64,000 nt of DNA from Eledone cirrhosa. Its lineage: Eukaryota. How positions within the stretch are numbered: position 1 is the first letter of the stretch; every line of letters begins with the position of its first letter. This document shows positions 13,112-26,560 of this stretch, piece by piece. Location of the stretch: NCBI GenBank assembly GCA_964016885.1, contig OZ024741.1, positions 394,940,001 through 395,004,000 on the forward strand, in the 5' to 3' direction. Both the position numbers and the translations under genes were made by a program. The notes under the pieces were generated by a model. The model was given only the letters and a program-made list of their open reading frames with translations. It was not told where the DNA came from and did not search any database.

Positions 13112-13809
13112 TAAATAAATAAAACGTTGTACTTTTACCCTCGCATCTCCAATTTATCGAATGCTGCTATCATGACTGTATGTGTGTTTGTGTAAATGTA
13201 TATGTGTGAATGTATGTCCGTGAGCGTGTATTTTTGTAAGTTTGTCTGTGTTTGCGCGATTATAGTTATATACTCATACACATATGCATCAGCGTGTTGA
13301 AAAAAATCCTAATCTCTTCATCTTTCTCTTTCGCTACTCTCTCTCTCTCTCTTTATATATATATATATATCTGTCACATAATCACTCTATCTATCTGTAT
13401 CTCTCTCTCATCACACACTCTCTGTTTCTTGCTCTGTCTATATATATGGTAGTTGAAGTGGTGGCGGCGATATACTGGAAGTGTAGAAATTTGAAACTTT
13501 TAAAAGAAGTCAATTATAAATAAGCAATAAAATTATTTATATTTAATCAAGAGTTACGAAATTTAGTACGTAAATTATGTAATATTCATTCATTATTTAT
13601 TCAAAGTAATCCAACTTATTTTCCTAACTGGATTAAAAGATATAAATCCCTTTATTATAGCATAGATTTCAATATTTGAATTATAAAGGGTGCACATTCA
13701 TATCTATTATTCCGAACATTTCAGTTTACTATGATGTAAAATATAGTCTTAATAGTCATTGTTTTAATATTTGGATATCATAAATAAGTTGGTCCTTTAC
13801 TAAATCTCT

Positions 13810-13920
13810 GTTGGGAAGGCACATGGGGGTTAGGGTGTTGGGTTCAATTCTTGGATCAGGCAGTGTGTTGTGTTTTTGAGTAAAACATTTCATTTCACAT
13901 TGATTTTCATTAAAACACCA
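13810..13920 (-). mobile_element. Degenerate tRNA/CORE-type SINE fragment
   Basis: Contains GGTTCAATTC (B box) and gtgttgtgtttttgagtaaaacatttcatttcacatt, similar to the SINE at 49950-50296. Note that this copy reads on the + strand, opposite to that SINE. Confidence 0.35.
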
Positions 13921-14454
13921 GAGAAACCTATGAAATGCAACTTCAAAGGAGGCTACATAAACCTGCATAGGTGTGAGCTATAAATTTCACTTTTTAATTT
14001 CAGTTTTTGTTGACTATTATTTTAATTTCATTGACTTTCATTAGCATAATTTAAGATTTATTTTTACACATATATTTCTATGCTAGTGTAGGCTGAGTGG
14101 TTTAAACATTTAAAAAAAAAAAAAATTTGTATATGCATGTAAATTATTAGAATGGAAACTAATTTTGATTTACCAGAAAAGTAGTATACCCTTGAAAAGA
14201 TAATTTTTGAGTAAACTTTACAAACTGCAGATGAAATTAAGATAAGCTTAAAATATTTTGTTAACTCATAAGATTTAGAAAACTACAACTAGTGTCAAAT
14301 GTTTAAATCAAGAAAATATTTTAGGATGTTGAAATTAAGTAGGAACAAAGTGAGAAAAATAAGGCAATAACTATGACAGGAATCTGTGAAAGATGTGATA
14401 CAAATACATTTAGAACAATGTTAGAAAGAAATTTCTTGAAATATAAAAAAAAAA

Positions 14455-14802
14455 AATACACACCCGTCCCACTACCCCCACCCCATCCACACCACCCCTT
14501 TTGATGTAAAGTTATGTTGGTACCACAACATCCAGTTCGAAATAAATGAGGTTGTGTAGGTGTCACGACAAAAAAATACACACAGTCCACGCTGTAATGT
14601 GGCCGTGTAGGTAACACGGTAAAAACCTCCCAGTCCACACTGTAAACGTGGTTGGTGTTAGGAAGGGCATCCAGCCATAGAAAACCTGCCAGACAGTCCT
14701 ATGCGAGCAAGACAACCAATCTTGCCTCAAGTGGGAAAATTCCCGTCCAAACCCATGCAAGCGTGGAAGATGGACGTTAAATGATGATGATGATGATGAT
14801 GA
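14455..14802 (+). mobile_element. RTE LINE 3' UTR-only copy
   Basis: Matches the 3' UTR at 17540-17890; (GAT)n tail. Confidence 0.85.
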
Positions 14803-14809
14803 TTTGCAC

Positions 14810-17800
14810 TCATCATCATTTAACGTCCATTTTCCACACTAGCATGGGTTGGACAGGCTGTCCCTTTGGGAGAGATCAGGTCGAAGCACCGTGTTTCGCT
14901 TACACAAGGCTGATTTTGGCTTGGTTTCTACAGCTGGGTGCCCTTCCTAACGCCAACCATATTTACAGTATGTGCTGGGTGCTTTTTGTTCTACACGACC
15001 ACTTTACAGTATGGCACTTTTTGTCATGTCACCGACACAACCACTTTACAGTGTGGGCTGAGTGCATTTTGTTGTGACTCCTACATGACCACTTTACAGT
15101 GTGGACTGGGTGCTTTTGTCTTGACACATAGTTGACCACTATACAGGGTGGGCTGGACACTTTGTGCAAGGTTAGCTTTTATTACCTCATCCCAAGTCTT
15201 CCTAGGCCTGCCCACTCCATGGCTACCATCAACTTAGAGCGTTCTGCACCTTTTTATACAGTTGTTATCCTTCATATGCATCACATGTCCATACCAACAC
15301 AATCTCCTCTCTTGCATGCAACATCTGATCCCTCTTATGCTTAATTTCTCATGCAGTTCATTTATGCTTTGCTGTTCACGTATATTGCTATTGCACATCA
15401 ATCAAAGCATGGAGGCTTCATTTCTTTCCAATCTTCACAGGTTCTCAGCACACAGTGCCCAGGTCTCACTGCTGTGCAAAAAGCAGGCTTGGAAAGTATG
15501 GCGGGATGGGGGAAGTAGAGTAGACTATCAAGTGGCCAGGAGGGAAGCTAGGAGAGAAGTGTACTTAGCAAGAAGGGAAGCTGAGGAAAGAAAGTTCAAG
15601 CATGTTCTACAACGCGATGACCAAAAACGTGAGGTGTTCAGGATTGCTAGGCAATGTGTCAAGGAAAACCGTGATATTGTCGGGGAGAAGTGTGTACTTA
15701 ACGATGATGGCATACTTGCCATCACCGACACTGATAAGAAGGTAGCTTGGAAGTGTCACTATGAAAGGCTACTAAATGAGGAGAATAAATGGGAGAAAGA
15801 CAGTCTCCCCCATATCGACCCAATAGAGGGACCAGCAGTGTTAGTCGAGGGGAGTATAATAAGTAAGGCAATCAAGGATATGAAGACGGGTAAGGCGGCT
15901 GGGCCTTCGGAAATAGTTGCTGAGATGCTGAAGGCATCTGGCACGGTGGGACACACCATGGTCACCCGCATAGTTAACCAAGTCGTACAGAATGGGGTTG
16001 TTCCGAAGGACTGGCATAGCAGCATCATCGTTAACTGTTATAAGGGTAAAGGAGACGCCCTAGATAGGAGTAACTATAGAGGCATTAAATTAATCGACCA
16101 GGTCATGAAGGTCACGGAAAAAGTAATAGCGCAACTAATCAGAGAGAGAATTGACCTAGATGAAATGCAGTTCGGGTTTGTGTCAGGCAAAAGTACCACA
16201 GACGCTCTTTTCATAGTACGACAACTACAGGAGAAGTACCTAGCTAAAGGTAAACCCCTCTACTTAGCTTTTGTCGACTTGGAGAAAGCCTTCGACAGAG
16301 TCCCCCGCTCCATTATCTGGTGGGCTCTTAGAAAACTAGGCGTTGACGAATGGCTTGTGAGGGCTATACAAGCCATGTATAAAGAAACAGTCAGCAAGGT
16401 TAGAATTAACAACGAATATAGTGAAGAGTTTAGCGTAAAAGTTGGCGTCCATCAGGGCTCTGTTCTCAGCCCCTTACTATTTATTATTGCCCTTCAGGCT
16501 ATAACAGAGGAGTTCAAGACAGGCTGCCCATGGGAACTCCTATACGCAGACGACCTGACACTCATAGCGGAATCAATGGCCGAGCTAGAGAAGAAATTCC
16601 AAACATGGAAGCACGGCCTAGAGTCAAAAGGACTTAAAATTAACCTGGCTAAGACCAAAGTTCTAGTTTGTAGGAAAGAAAACAAGGCGGCGGTCCCTTC
16701 TGGGAAATGGTCGTGCTCGGTGTGTAGGAAAGGCATAGGTAGAAACTCCATTTTATGTCCTAAATGCAAAGTATGGGTGCATAAAAGATGTGGGATCACA
16801 GGTAAGCTAACTAAGAACATAGATTTTACATGTGGCCGGTGTTCTGGTGCAATAAGTAGCAGCAAGTGCCCACAAAATACTAGCTCTTTCAATTGCGCAG
16901 AGGGTTCTATAGAAATAGTGGACAGCTTCCGTTACCTGGGCGATAAAATCAGCAGTGGGGGAGGGTGCTCTGAAAGTACTGTAGCTAGAGTCAGAACTGG
17001 TTGGAAAAAGTTCAGAGAGCTTATACCACTATTAGCTGCTAAAGAGTTCTCCCTAAAAATGAAAGGCAGGTTGTACGATGCCTGCATACGAACAGCAATG
17101 TTGCATGGCAGTGAGACCTGGGCATCGTGTGCAGAGGATATACGCAGACTAGAGAGGAACGAAGCTTGCATGCTCCGCTGGATGTGTAACAGTAATATAC
17201 GTGAACGGCAAAGCATAAACGAACTAAGGAAAAATATAGAGATAAGAGGGATCAGATGTTGTTTACTCGAGAGAAGGCTACGTTGGTATGGACACGTGAT
17301 GCGCATGAAAGTCGATAGCTGTATAACAAAGTGCAGGGCAATAAAGATAGACGGTAGTCACGGAATAGGCAGACCTAGAAAAACCTGGGACGAGCTGATA
17401 AACTCCGACATCACACACTTACACCTCTCCAAGACAATGTCACTGGACCGAGACCTTTGGCGGTACTCAGTAACAGAGAAGACCCGCCTTACCTAAATAT
17501 ATATAGTAAAACCTACTCCAGCCAGTAGGCATCTCTAACAAAATACACCCCGTCCCACCACCCCCACCCCCACCCCATCCACACCACCCCGTTCTATGTA
17601 AAGTTATGTTGGTGCCGCGCCATCCAGGCCGAAACAAATGAGATCGTGTAGGTGTCACGACAAAAAAACACACAGTCCACGCTGTAATGTGGCCGTGTAG
17701 GTAACACGGTAAAAACCTCCCAGACCCACACTGTAAATGTGGTTGGTGTTAGGAAGGGCATCCAACTGTAGAAAACCTGCCAGACAGTCCTATGCGAACA

Positions 17801-18080
17801 AGACAATCACTCTTGCCTCAAGTGGGACTACCCCCGTCCAAACCCATGCAAGCGTGGAACACGGACGTTAAACGTTGATGATGATGATGATGATACATGC
17901 ATCATACAGTCTGTCTCTCATGTTTAGGGAGAAACCTTTTGTAGTTAGCAGCAGTAGTAGCTCCCTGAACTTTCTCTAACCCAATCTCTCTCCAGCTACT
18001 GTACTTTCAGAATACCCTCCCCTACTGCTGATTTGGTCACCCAGTTAACAGAAATTATCTACCACTTCTACCAAGCCCAT
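14810..18080 (-). mobile_element. Old RTE LINE 3' part, split by the younger RTE at 15471-17893
   Basis: Antisense RTE C-terminus at 14810-15470 resumes at 17893-18080 (KFRELLLLL..KGFSLN region). Confidence 0.75.
15471..17893 (+). mobile_element. Young 5'-truncated RTE LINE with an open RT ORF (to 17496)
   Basis: [36 protein letters not shown] and YADD motifs; C4HC3 finger; [11 protein letters not shown] and GRPRKTW; (GAT)n tail. Confidence 0.95.
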
Positions 18081-18533
18081 AAAAAAATAATGTGTTAGGT
18101 AGTGTTAAGTATATAGGAATAGTAATATTTCTGTAACAAAGTGTATCCTCAATTGGTTTTATTTCAATTAACATCTAATTTACTATGTTTCGTAAGTTTC
18201 TTTATTGTGGTGCCAATATAAAAGTTTTGTTTTAGATTTTATCAAAGATGACATCTATTAAGAATTCACTCTAAACATTGATTATATTGGAAGTAACTTT
18301 AAAAAATGGACAGTAGACTTAATGACCTTTAGATGCCTTTAGTGAGATGCACTCTGTTGCAAGCCTTCTGTCATGGGATTATTTCTTCTCCTTCTCATAC
18401 GAGTCTCAGAGACTTTCAAAAGGGCCATAGGCACTGTCTTTTCTCTTCTAAGTAAAAAAAAAAAAAATTAATAAAGGTTTATAAATGTATCTATGTTTTG
18501 AGTGTGTGTTTATAAAACTACTTTATTTTGTAG

Positions 18534-18651
18534 ATGTTATCACACCAAATGGATTAAATGTAAAGAAATTCAGTGCCATCCATGAATTCCAAAACCTCCA
18601 TGCTCGATTTAAAGATAAAATCCATGATTTTATTCGTGGACACTTTTATGG
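18534..18651 (+). CDS. Gys: Glycogen synthase exon ([40 protein letters not shown])
   Basis: TAG acceptor and GTAAG donor; phase 1 matches the upstream exon; TPNGLNV and HEFQNLH motifs; 118 nt. Confidence 0.96.
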
Positions 18652-19835
18652 GTAAGTTCTATTCCACCATTTATTTATGAACTTATTAATATCCAACCCA
18701 TAACAGCATGGAAAAGTGAATATTAAAACAATTTAATGCTGATATTTATACATTCATTTTAAATACTTTACTTAACTTTTTATAATTTATTAAAATATTT
18801 ATTTCTGTAGTCTAATTGTACATTAGAAGCTCATAGTTTTTTGGAGTTTTTTTTTAGCTTACTGAAATGTTTTTTTAGTCTATATTAGTCTCAATCATCT
18901 TTTATAATTTCCTTCACATCTAGGATGTTTTTTAAGAATATCAAATTGACTTCAATATTTGACAAGTACTTTATTTTATCAACTCCAGAAGAAGGATAAA
19001 AGGCAAAGTTGACTTCATTAGGATTTGAACTTAGAACTGAATACCTTTGGCATTTTGTCCTTTTCTTATGATTCTGCCAATCCACTGCCTATAGATTTCA
19101 TCAATTCAGCAAATCCCCTTCATATATGAACATAGAGGGAGAGATTAAATTTCGCTGTAATTTTTAAAAATATATATCACATTTAATTTCATTCTACAAC
19201 AAATATTCCTGCCACTTGAATTGAGATCAACCAACAAGAATATTTTGTCCTTATATGTCACAATAAAGATTCTAGTTTAGTGCACTGTTAAGTGTGTTAA
19301 TGTTCATAATTGTCTTATATGAAATTATGCCAGAGATATCAGGAAGTTTTTTTATTCAATAAGAAAGGATTAAAAAAATCCTTTGTGATGTTGCCCCATA
19401 TGATAAATCTCAAATTACGGAAGTGTTCTCTATAAATCTGGGTTTATTTTTGTCTATGTGTGTACTTGAAAATGTATTATATCGAAATAAACAATGTACA
19501 TGAAATTACATAATAGCAGAGTTCACATTTTTTCCCAAACAAATAAGCTGACAATATAGATAGCTGTGGCATTTGTGTTTGTAATTTTAAGTTGTCACAA
19601 TTCAACACATACACACATATATTTCTGTTACTTAATTACACAAATATTTCACATGAAAATATAGAATCAAAACAAAAGAAAATATTAAGCCAACTCTGTC
19701 AACTTCTGCAAATTTTCAATGTATCTGGAAATTTCACATCGATTGAGACATCATTTATCAGATAGATGCAACATAAAATTAACTCTCTTTGCCAAATATT
19801 CACCTCTTGATATAAAATTTATTTCTGTCCACCAG

Positions 19836-19956
19836 GCATTATGACTTCGATCTTGACAAAACCCTGTACATGTTTATTGCTGGTCGTTATGAATTCTCTA
19901 ATAAAGGTGCAGACATGTTTATTGAGTCACTGGCACGCCTAAACTATTACCTCAAG
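19836..19956 (+). CDS. Gys: Glycogen synthase exon ([40 protein letters not shown])
   Basis: CAG acceptor and GTAC donor; [12 protein letters not shown] motif; 121 nt. Confidence 0.96.
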
Positions 19957-20493
19957 GTACGTTCCAATATTGATTTCTAACACTGGGCACACAATTTTTG
20001 AGAGAGGGAATGGCCAAAACCCTTACAGATGATAAAATAAGTAGATTGAGAGTAAATTAAGGCCTACAGAAGGATGAAAGGCAATGTCAGCTCCAACATT
20101 AGTTGCTAAAATATTTACCTAACATTACATTATGTAAATTTTTTTCCTGCTTATGAACTCCATAAATTAACATTCAGCTATTTTCCCAGGCTAGCATGTC
20201 ACTACCTTTCATTATGCCTATTATCATCGTAAGCACATTAATATTAATTTCCCTTTAATATTTTGTTATATCTAAGGTTAATATTTTGTTATATCTAAGG
20301 TTGATTTTTTTTTTTTTAAATTGTCATTTTTCATGTTTAGATAAGCTTTAACTCGCTCTTCATCTGCTTTTCTATCACCAGTAAGGGTTCAACATCATCA
20401 TTCTATGTTCAAACTATCACTGTTTTTTCTGTCTTTTCCTTTTTTTATCACCCACTCATCTATCTGTCTTCCTCTTTCTCACATATATATATA

Positions 20494-23400
20494 TCATCAT
20501 TTAACGTTTATCTTTCACGCTAGCAAGGCTTAGACTGGTTTGTCCCACTTGAGGCAATTTGGGTCGGGTGACTGTGTCTCGCTTGTATAGGACTGTTTCT
20601 GGCTGGTTTTCTATGGCTGGATGCCCTTCCTAACACCAATCACATTTACAGTGTGTGCTGGGTACTTTTTACCATGTCTTCTATACGACCACTTTACAGT
20701 GTGTACTGGGTGCTATTTGTTGTGACACCTCCACAAACACTTTACAGCGTGGGCTGGGTGTTTTGTGGTACCAATACAACTTTACAGAGAAAGGAGGGTG
20801 TGGAGTGTATATTAGATTAAGAGGTGCCTACTGACTGTAGGTTTAAGTTTGTATGCAAGGCAGGTTTTCTGTATTACTGCATAGCACCAAAGACCTCGAT
20901 CCTGTGACAATGTCTTAGAGGTGTGCAAGGTCAGCTTTTATCACCTCGTCCCAGTTCTTTCTGGGTATATCTACTCTGTAACTTCCATCAATTTTGATTG
21001 CCCTGTTCTTTTTTATACAGCTGTTGTCACTTGACCATACCAATGTAATGTCCTCTCTAGTAAACTGCACCTGATCTCTCTTATGCCTAATTTCTCACTT
21101 AGTTCAAGTATATTACTATTACACATCCATCGGAGCATGCATGCTTCGTTCCTTTTCAGTCTGTGCAGATTCTCTGCACACAATACCCAGGTCTTACAAT
21201 GTAACATTGCTGTTCATATACAAGCATCATACAATCTGCCTTTCGTTTTCAGAGAGAAACCTTTTGTGGCCAACAGCGGTATTAGCTCTCTGAACTTTTC
21301 CATCCAGTTCTAACTCTGGCTACTGTACTTTCAGAACACCCTCCACCACTGCTGATTTTGTCACCCAGGTAATAGAAAGTGTCTACTATTTCTATAGAAC
21401 CATCTGGACGGTTGAAGGAGCTAGTATCCAGAAGGCACTTGCTACTTATTGAACATCGGCTATATATTAAGATATGATAGCTTACCTGTGATCCCACGAC
21501 ATCTTTTATGTACCCACCGTTTGCATTTGGGACATAGAATGGAATTTCTACCTACTCCTTTCCTACACACTCTGAAAGGTCACTTCCCAGAAGACACCTG
21601 TGCCCTATATTTCTTTTTACATACTAGAACTTTAGTCTTAGATAAGTTAACATTAAGGCCTTTTGATTCAAGGCCATACTTGTTTCAAATTTCTTCTCTA
21701 GTTCAGCCATAGATTTAGCTATGAGAGTTAGATCATCTGCATATAGGAGTTCCCATGTGCAGCAAGTCTTAAACTCTTCTGTTATAGCCTGTAGGGTAAT
21801 AATAAACAGGAAGGGGGTAAGGATGGAGCCTTGGTGAACCCCTATTTTTACGCTAAATTCTTCACTATATTCATTCTAACCTTGTTGACTATTCCTCTAT
21901 ACATAGCTTGTATAGCTCTCACAAGCCACTCATCTACTCCTAGTTTTCTAAGAGCCCACCAGATAACTGAGTGGGGACTCTGTCAAAAGCCTTCTCCAAG
22001 TCAGCAAAAGCTAAATAGAGGGGTTTACTTTTAGCTAGGTACTTCTCCTCTAGTTGCCGTACAAGGAAAAGAGCATCCATGGTACTTTTACCTGGCACAA
22101 ACCCAAACTGCATTTTATCTAGATCAATTCGGTCTCTAATAATCAGTTGTGAGATAACTCTTTCTGTGACCTTCATGACCTGGTCAACTAACTTAATGCC
22201 TCCATAGTTTTCTCTATCTAGAGCGTTTCCTTTGCCCTTGTAGCATTTAAACGATGATGCTGCTACGCCAGTACTTTGGTATGACCCCATTCTGTATTAC
22301 TTGGTTTACTATCCGGGTGACCATAGTATGTCCCACCATTCCAGATGCTTTTAACATCTCAGCAACTATCTCCGGAGGTTCAGCTGCTTTGCTTGTCTTC
22401 ATATCTTTGTTTGCCTTACTTACTATACTACCACTAACTTGCACGCTGGTCCCTCTGTTGGATCAACTTGGGGCAGACTATCTTTATCCCATTCATTCTC
22501 CTCATTTAGAAGTCTCTCGTAGTGACACTTCCAAGCTAACTTCTTATCAGTATCAGTGAGGGCAAGTACACCATCATCATTACAGACACACTTCTCCCTA
22601 ACAATATCACAATTTTCCTAAACACCTCACGTTTTTGGTTCTTGTGTTGTAGAACATGCTTGAACTTTCTATTCTCTGCTTCCCTTCTTGCAAAGTACAC
22701 TTGTCGCCTAACTTCTCTCCTAGCCACCTGATAGTGTTCTCTACTTCCACCATCCCACCATTCTTTCCAAGCCTGCCTTTTGGCCTTAATTATCTCCTCC
22801 ACATTACTGTTCCACCACCAAGTTACTCTCCTCCTGCCTAACGGTCTGCTCCAGCCACAGATTTCATCTGTCACCTTCAGCAGGTAAACTTTCAGGAATT
22901 CCCACTGTTCCTCTACATTGTACGTCTCTAATTGCTCTTCCTTGCTGTCGAAAGCATCAAGTAATATGCCTTTAAATTTGTTACTGGCTGTGGGGTTCTT
23001 TTACTTCCGCATTCTTCTCCTCAAGGTAGTCTTCTGTCATTGAGTATGTCTAGTCCTGACTATAAGGTCACTAACAATTAGGCTATGTTGGGAAGTGCAT
23101 TCTTCACAGAGGAGGGATTTAGTGTTTACAACAGACACTCTGTCTCGTCTTCTAGTAAGGATAAAATCTATCTGGCTGGTGTGATTGTCTTGTTTTTTTA
23201 AGTTTGTGTTACAGATATCTTTCTTTATTTGCCACAGGGGCGTACAAAAATGGGACATTACAAGACGTGACGACGAGGGTTTTACATAAAAATAACTTTA
23301 ACATTAATAAATAACAATAAACTATATATAATAAAATAACAATTGAAATCCCCAATAGGGGGGAACGTTATTGCAGGGTTGTTTTACACCCCGTGGATAG

Positions 23401-24720
23401 AACAACCCTCAACACCAGGAACATGTTTTGTAGGTGTTCCTGTCTTCCCTCTGTTTATCTTCCTCAACCTACAGGCTTATATACAGAGAAGGCCCATTCA
23501 CTCGGGCCATTTTCGCAACATTCATCCACCTTTCAGCAAATTTACTGGGGTGTAGCACCTCTCTCTCCACTCTCACCTTCCTTCTGAAGTGATACTTAAA
23601 GAAGGGGATAAGTTGTTGTCCGGAGAGAAAGGCGTTTGCCCTCAGTCCTTTTAACCTCATCCACCATATTACTTCTTTCGCCATAGCCACGAGACAGAGG
23701 AAAACCGCCTCTCCTTCGTTTTTAAATGAAGGTGGCGGGGTGATCCTCACGATGGACTCGGCTGACAACTGGATGCATCCCACACGTGACAGCAGCTGTT
23801 CGACATAATTCCACAGGTCGGTCACTCCTGGGCACTGAACAATTGCGTTCAGAATGGTTTCGATGTCCTACTCGCATCTTGGACAAGTCTTTTTGGCAGG
23901 ATCTCTGCCAGGGCGTCCGTACCTGTAGATTTTGTCTTGAACTGGTAGAGCTCTTCGGTAGCACTGCCAGGCCAGAGACCTCTGGAAGTTATCCATAGGC
24001 TCCGGACGGAAAGTCCTCCTGAACAGACCGGTCTGTTCATCCTCCTCGATGCCTAGAATTTCCGAGAGAACATTGTCGCACTTATCCTTCACTAACCCCC
24101 TATAGAATGTCGAAGTGGAGTCTCCGCTGATTGCCGTTTCCGCTTGGTAGAGGGCTGTGAGCGCCTGTAGGCACTCGAGGTGCCAGGCATCTCGAACCAA
24201 ACCCATAACCTCCATGGATTCCGTCATAGCCATCACAATGTTGTCCAACATGACCATTAAGGTCAACAGCAATAATTATGTAGTCACTGTCGGTTATTTG
24301 GGAGGTAGTGAGCATTAGCAACTCAGAACCTGTCTTTTATAACGCCAGGTAGACCAGATTGGGGTGCATAAGCGGATATTATTGACACAGTTGTTATATT
24401 TAGAACTAGTCTAATTTTAATTATTCTGTTGTTCACTCTATTTACGGCAATTACCTTATCTACCCATTTTTCTGCTAACATAATTCCTACTCCACTTAGC
24501 CCATTGTCATTTCCCATCCAGAAAAGTTTATAGCATCGTTTTTTGCCCACAATGGATCTAGCAGACCCACCCCTCCACCTGGTCTCTTGAATGCAGCAAA
24601 CATCAACCTCCTTACGTTCAAGCATCTCTACAACCTCGTTAGAGTGACTTTTTAAGGTACCTACATTCATGGTACCAACTCTGAAGTTTTGGATTGCGTT
24701 TGGTGGGTGGGAAGGACAGG
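20494..24720 (-). mobile_element. Degenerate near-full-length RTE LINE (APE endonuclease plus RT), interrupted by a Tx1-like fragment
   Basis: VGTMNVGTL, CIQETRW and ISAYAPQSG endonuclease motifs at 24190-24700; SQIDFIL and RT pieces at 20850-23219; tail at about 20494. Confidence 0.88.
23220..24189 (-). mobile_element. L1/Tx1-clade LINE 3' fragment (zf-RVT-like C-terminus)
   Basis: FQRSLAWQCYRRALPV..CPRC..ETILNAIVQC..LWNYV..AKEVIWWMR..FAERW; AATAAA near the 3' end at about 23225. Confidence 0.75.
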
Positions 24721-26560
24721 GCGCAGTCTCCTCTCCAGAACACAACATTTGATACCTCTTATGCTTTGTCTCCCTCTTAATTTGTTTATGCTTCGCCTTT
24801 CGCGTACATTACTATTACACATCCATCGGAGCATGCAAGCTTCATTTCTTTCTAATCTACGCAGGTCTTCAGCACACAATGCCCAGGTCTCTTTACCATG
24901 TAATATCGCCGTTCGTACACATGCATCATACAATCTGCCTTTCATTTTTAGAGAAAAAACCCTTGTGGCCAATAGCGGTATTAGCTCTCTGAACTTTTTC
25001 CATCCCGTTCTAACTCTGGCTACTACACTTTCAGAGCACCCTCCTCCACTGTTGATTTTGTCACCCAGGTAATGGAAGGTGTCTACTATTTCTATAGAAC
25101 CATCTGGGCAGTTGAAGGAGATATTATCTAGTGGGTCCTTGGTACTTACTGCACCTGAGCATCGGCCACATATAAAATGTACATTCTTAGATAGCTTACC
25201 TCTGATCCCACTACATCTTTTTATGTACCCATAGTTTGCATTTGGGACATAGAATGGAGTTTCTGTCTACTCCTTTCTTACACACTGAGCATGGCCATTT
25301 CCCAGAGGGTACCTGTGCCCTATTCTCCTTTCTACATACTAGAACCTTAGTCTTAGACAAGTTGACTCTAAGGCCTTTTGATTCAAGGCCATGCTTCCAT
25401 GTTTGGAACTTCCTCTCTAGTTCAGCCATGGATTCAGCTATGAGAGTTAGATCATCTGCATATAGAAGTTCCCATGGGCAACCAGTCTTAAACCCCTTTG
25501 TTATAGCCTGTAGGACAATAATAAACAGGAGGGGCTATTATTATGCTAAATTCATCACTATATTCATTGTTAATTCTAATCTTGCTGACTGTTCCTCTAT
25601 ACATGACTTGTATAGCTCTCACAAGCCATTCTTCCACTCCTAGTTTTCTAAGAGCCCACCAGATTAAGGTGCGTGGGAATCTGTCAAAGGCCTTCTCCGG
25701 GTCAACAAAAGCTAAATAGAGGGGTTTACTGTTAACTAGGTACTTCTCCTGTACTTGCCGTATAAGGAAAAGAGCATCCGTGGTACTTTTACCTGGCACA
25801 AACCCAAACTGCATTTCATCTAGATCAGTTCGGTCTCTAATCAGTTGTGAGATAACTCTTTCTGTGACTTTCATGACTTGGTCAACTAATTTAATACCCC
25901 TATAGTTTCCTCTATCCAGGTTGTCCTTTGCCCTTGTAACAGTTGATGATGATGCTGCTACACCAGTCATTTGCTATGACCCCATTCTGTATTACTTGGT
26001 TTACTATCCGAGTGACCATAGTATGTCCCACCATTCCAGATACCTTCAACATTTCAGAAACTATCTCCGAAGGCCCAGCTGCCTTGCCTCTCTTCATATT
26101 TTTGATTGCCTTACTTACTACAGTACCACTAACTTGCACAGCTGGTCTTTCTATTGGATCGGTGTGTGACAGACTATCTTTATTCCATTCATTCTCCACA
26201 TTCAGTAGTCTCTTGTAGTGACACTTCGAAGCTACCTTCTTATCACTGTCAGTGAGGGTAAGTACACCATCGTAATTACGGACACACGTCTCCCCGACAA
26301 TATCACAGTTCTCCTTGACACATTGCCTCGCAAGCCTGAAAATCTCACGTCTTTGGTCCTCCCGTTGTAGTATATGCTTGAACTTACTATCTTCTGCTTT
26401 CCTCTTTGCAAGGTATACTTGTTGTCTAGCTTCTCTACTAGCTGCCTGATAGAGTTCTCTACTATCCCCGTCCTGCCATTCTTTCTATACCTGCTTTTTG
26501 CCCTTGATGGACTCCTCCACCTTACTGTTCCACCACTATGTCACTCTCCTCCTGCCTAAT
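24721..26560 (-). mobile_element. Degenerate RTE LINE RT fragment lacking its 3' end
   Basis: Frameshifted RT motifs (GKAAGP, NYRGIKL, KAFDR, YADD); stops at CCVLERRLR. Confidence 0.88.

Larger units (their letters stand above)
5027..13666 (-). mobile_element. Putative non-autonomous Helitron with nested insertions
   Basis: Minus strand starts TCTATGCTATAATAAA at 13666 and ends with a GCCCTTCGGGC hairpin plus CTAG at 5027; both ends fit an A|T target site. Pairing the two ends into one element is inferred. Confidence 0.65.

Noticed and set aside
14990-15170. Spaced repeats (accactttacagtgtgg) resembling a CRISPR array
   Set aside because: These are internal tandem units of RTE 3' UTRs in a eukaryotic intron; the spacers resemble each other and there are no cas genes.
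15262-15470. N-terminus of the 744-aa ORF
   Set aside because: It is the antisense of an older RTE fused in frame by chance; the young element lacks its endonuclease.
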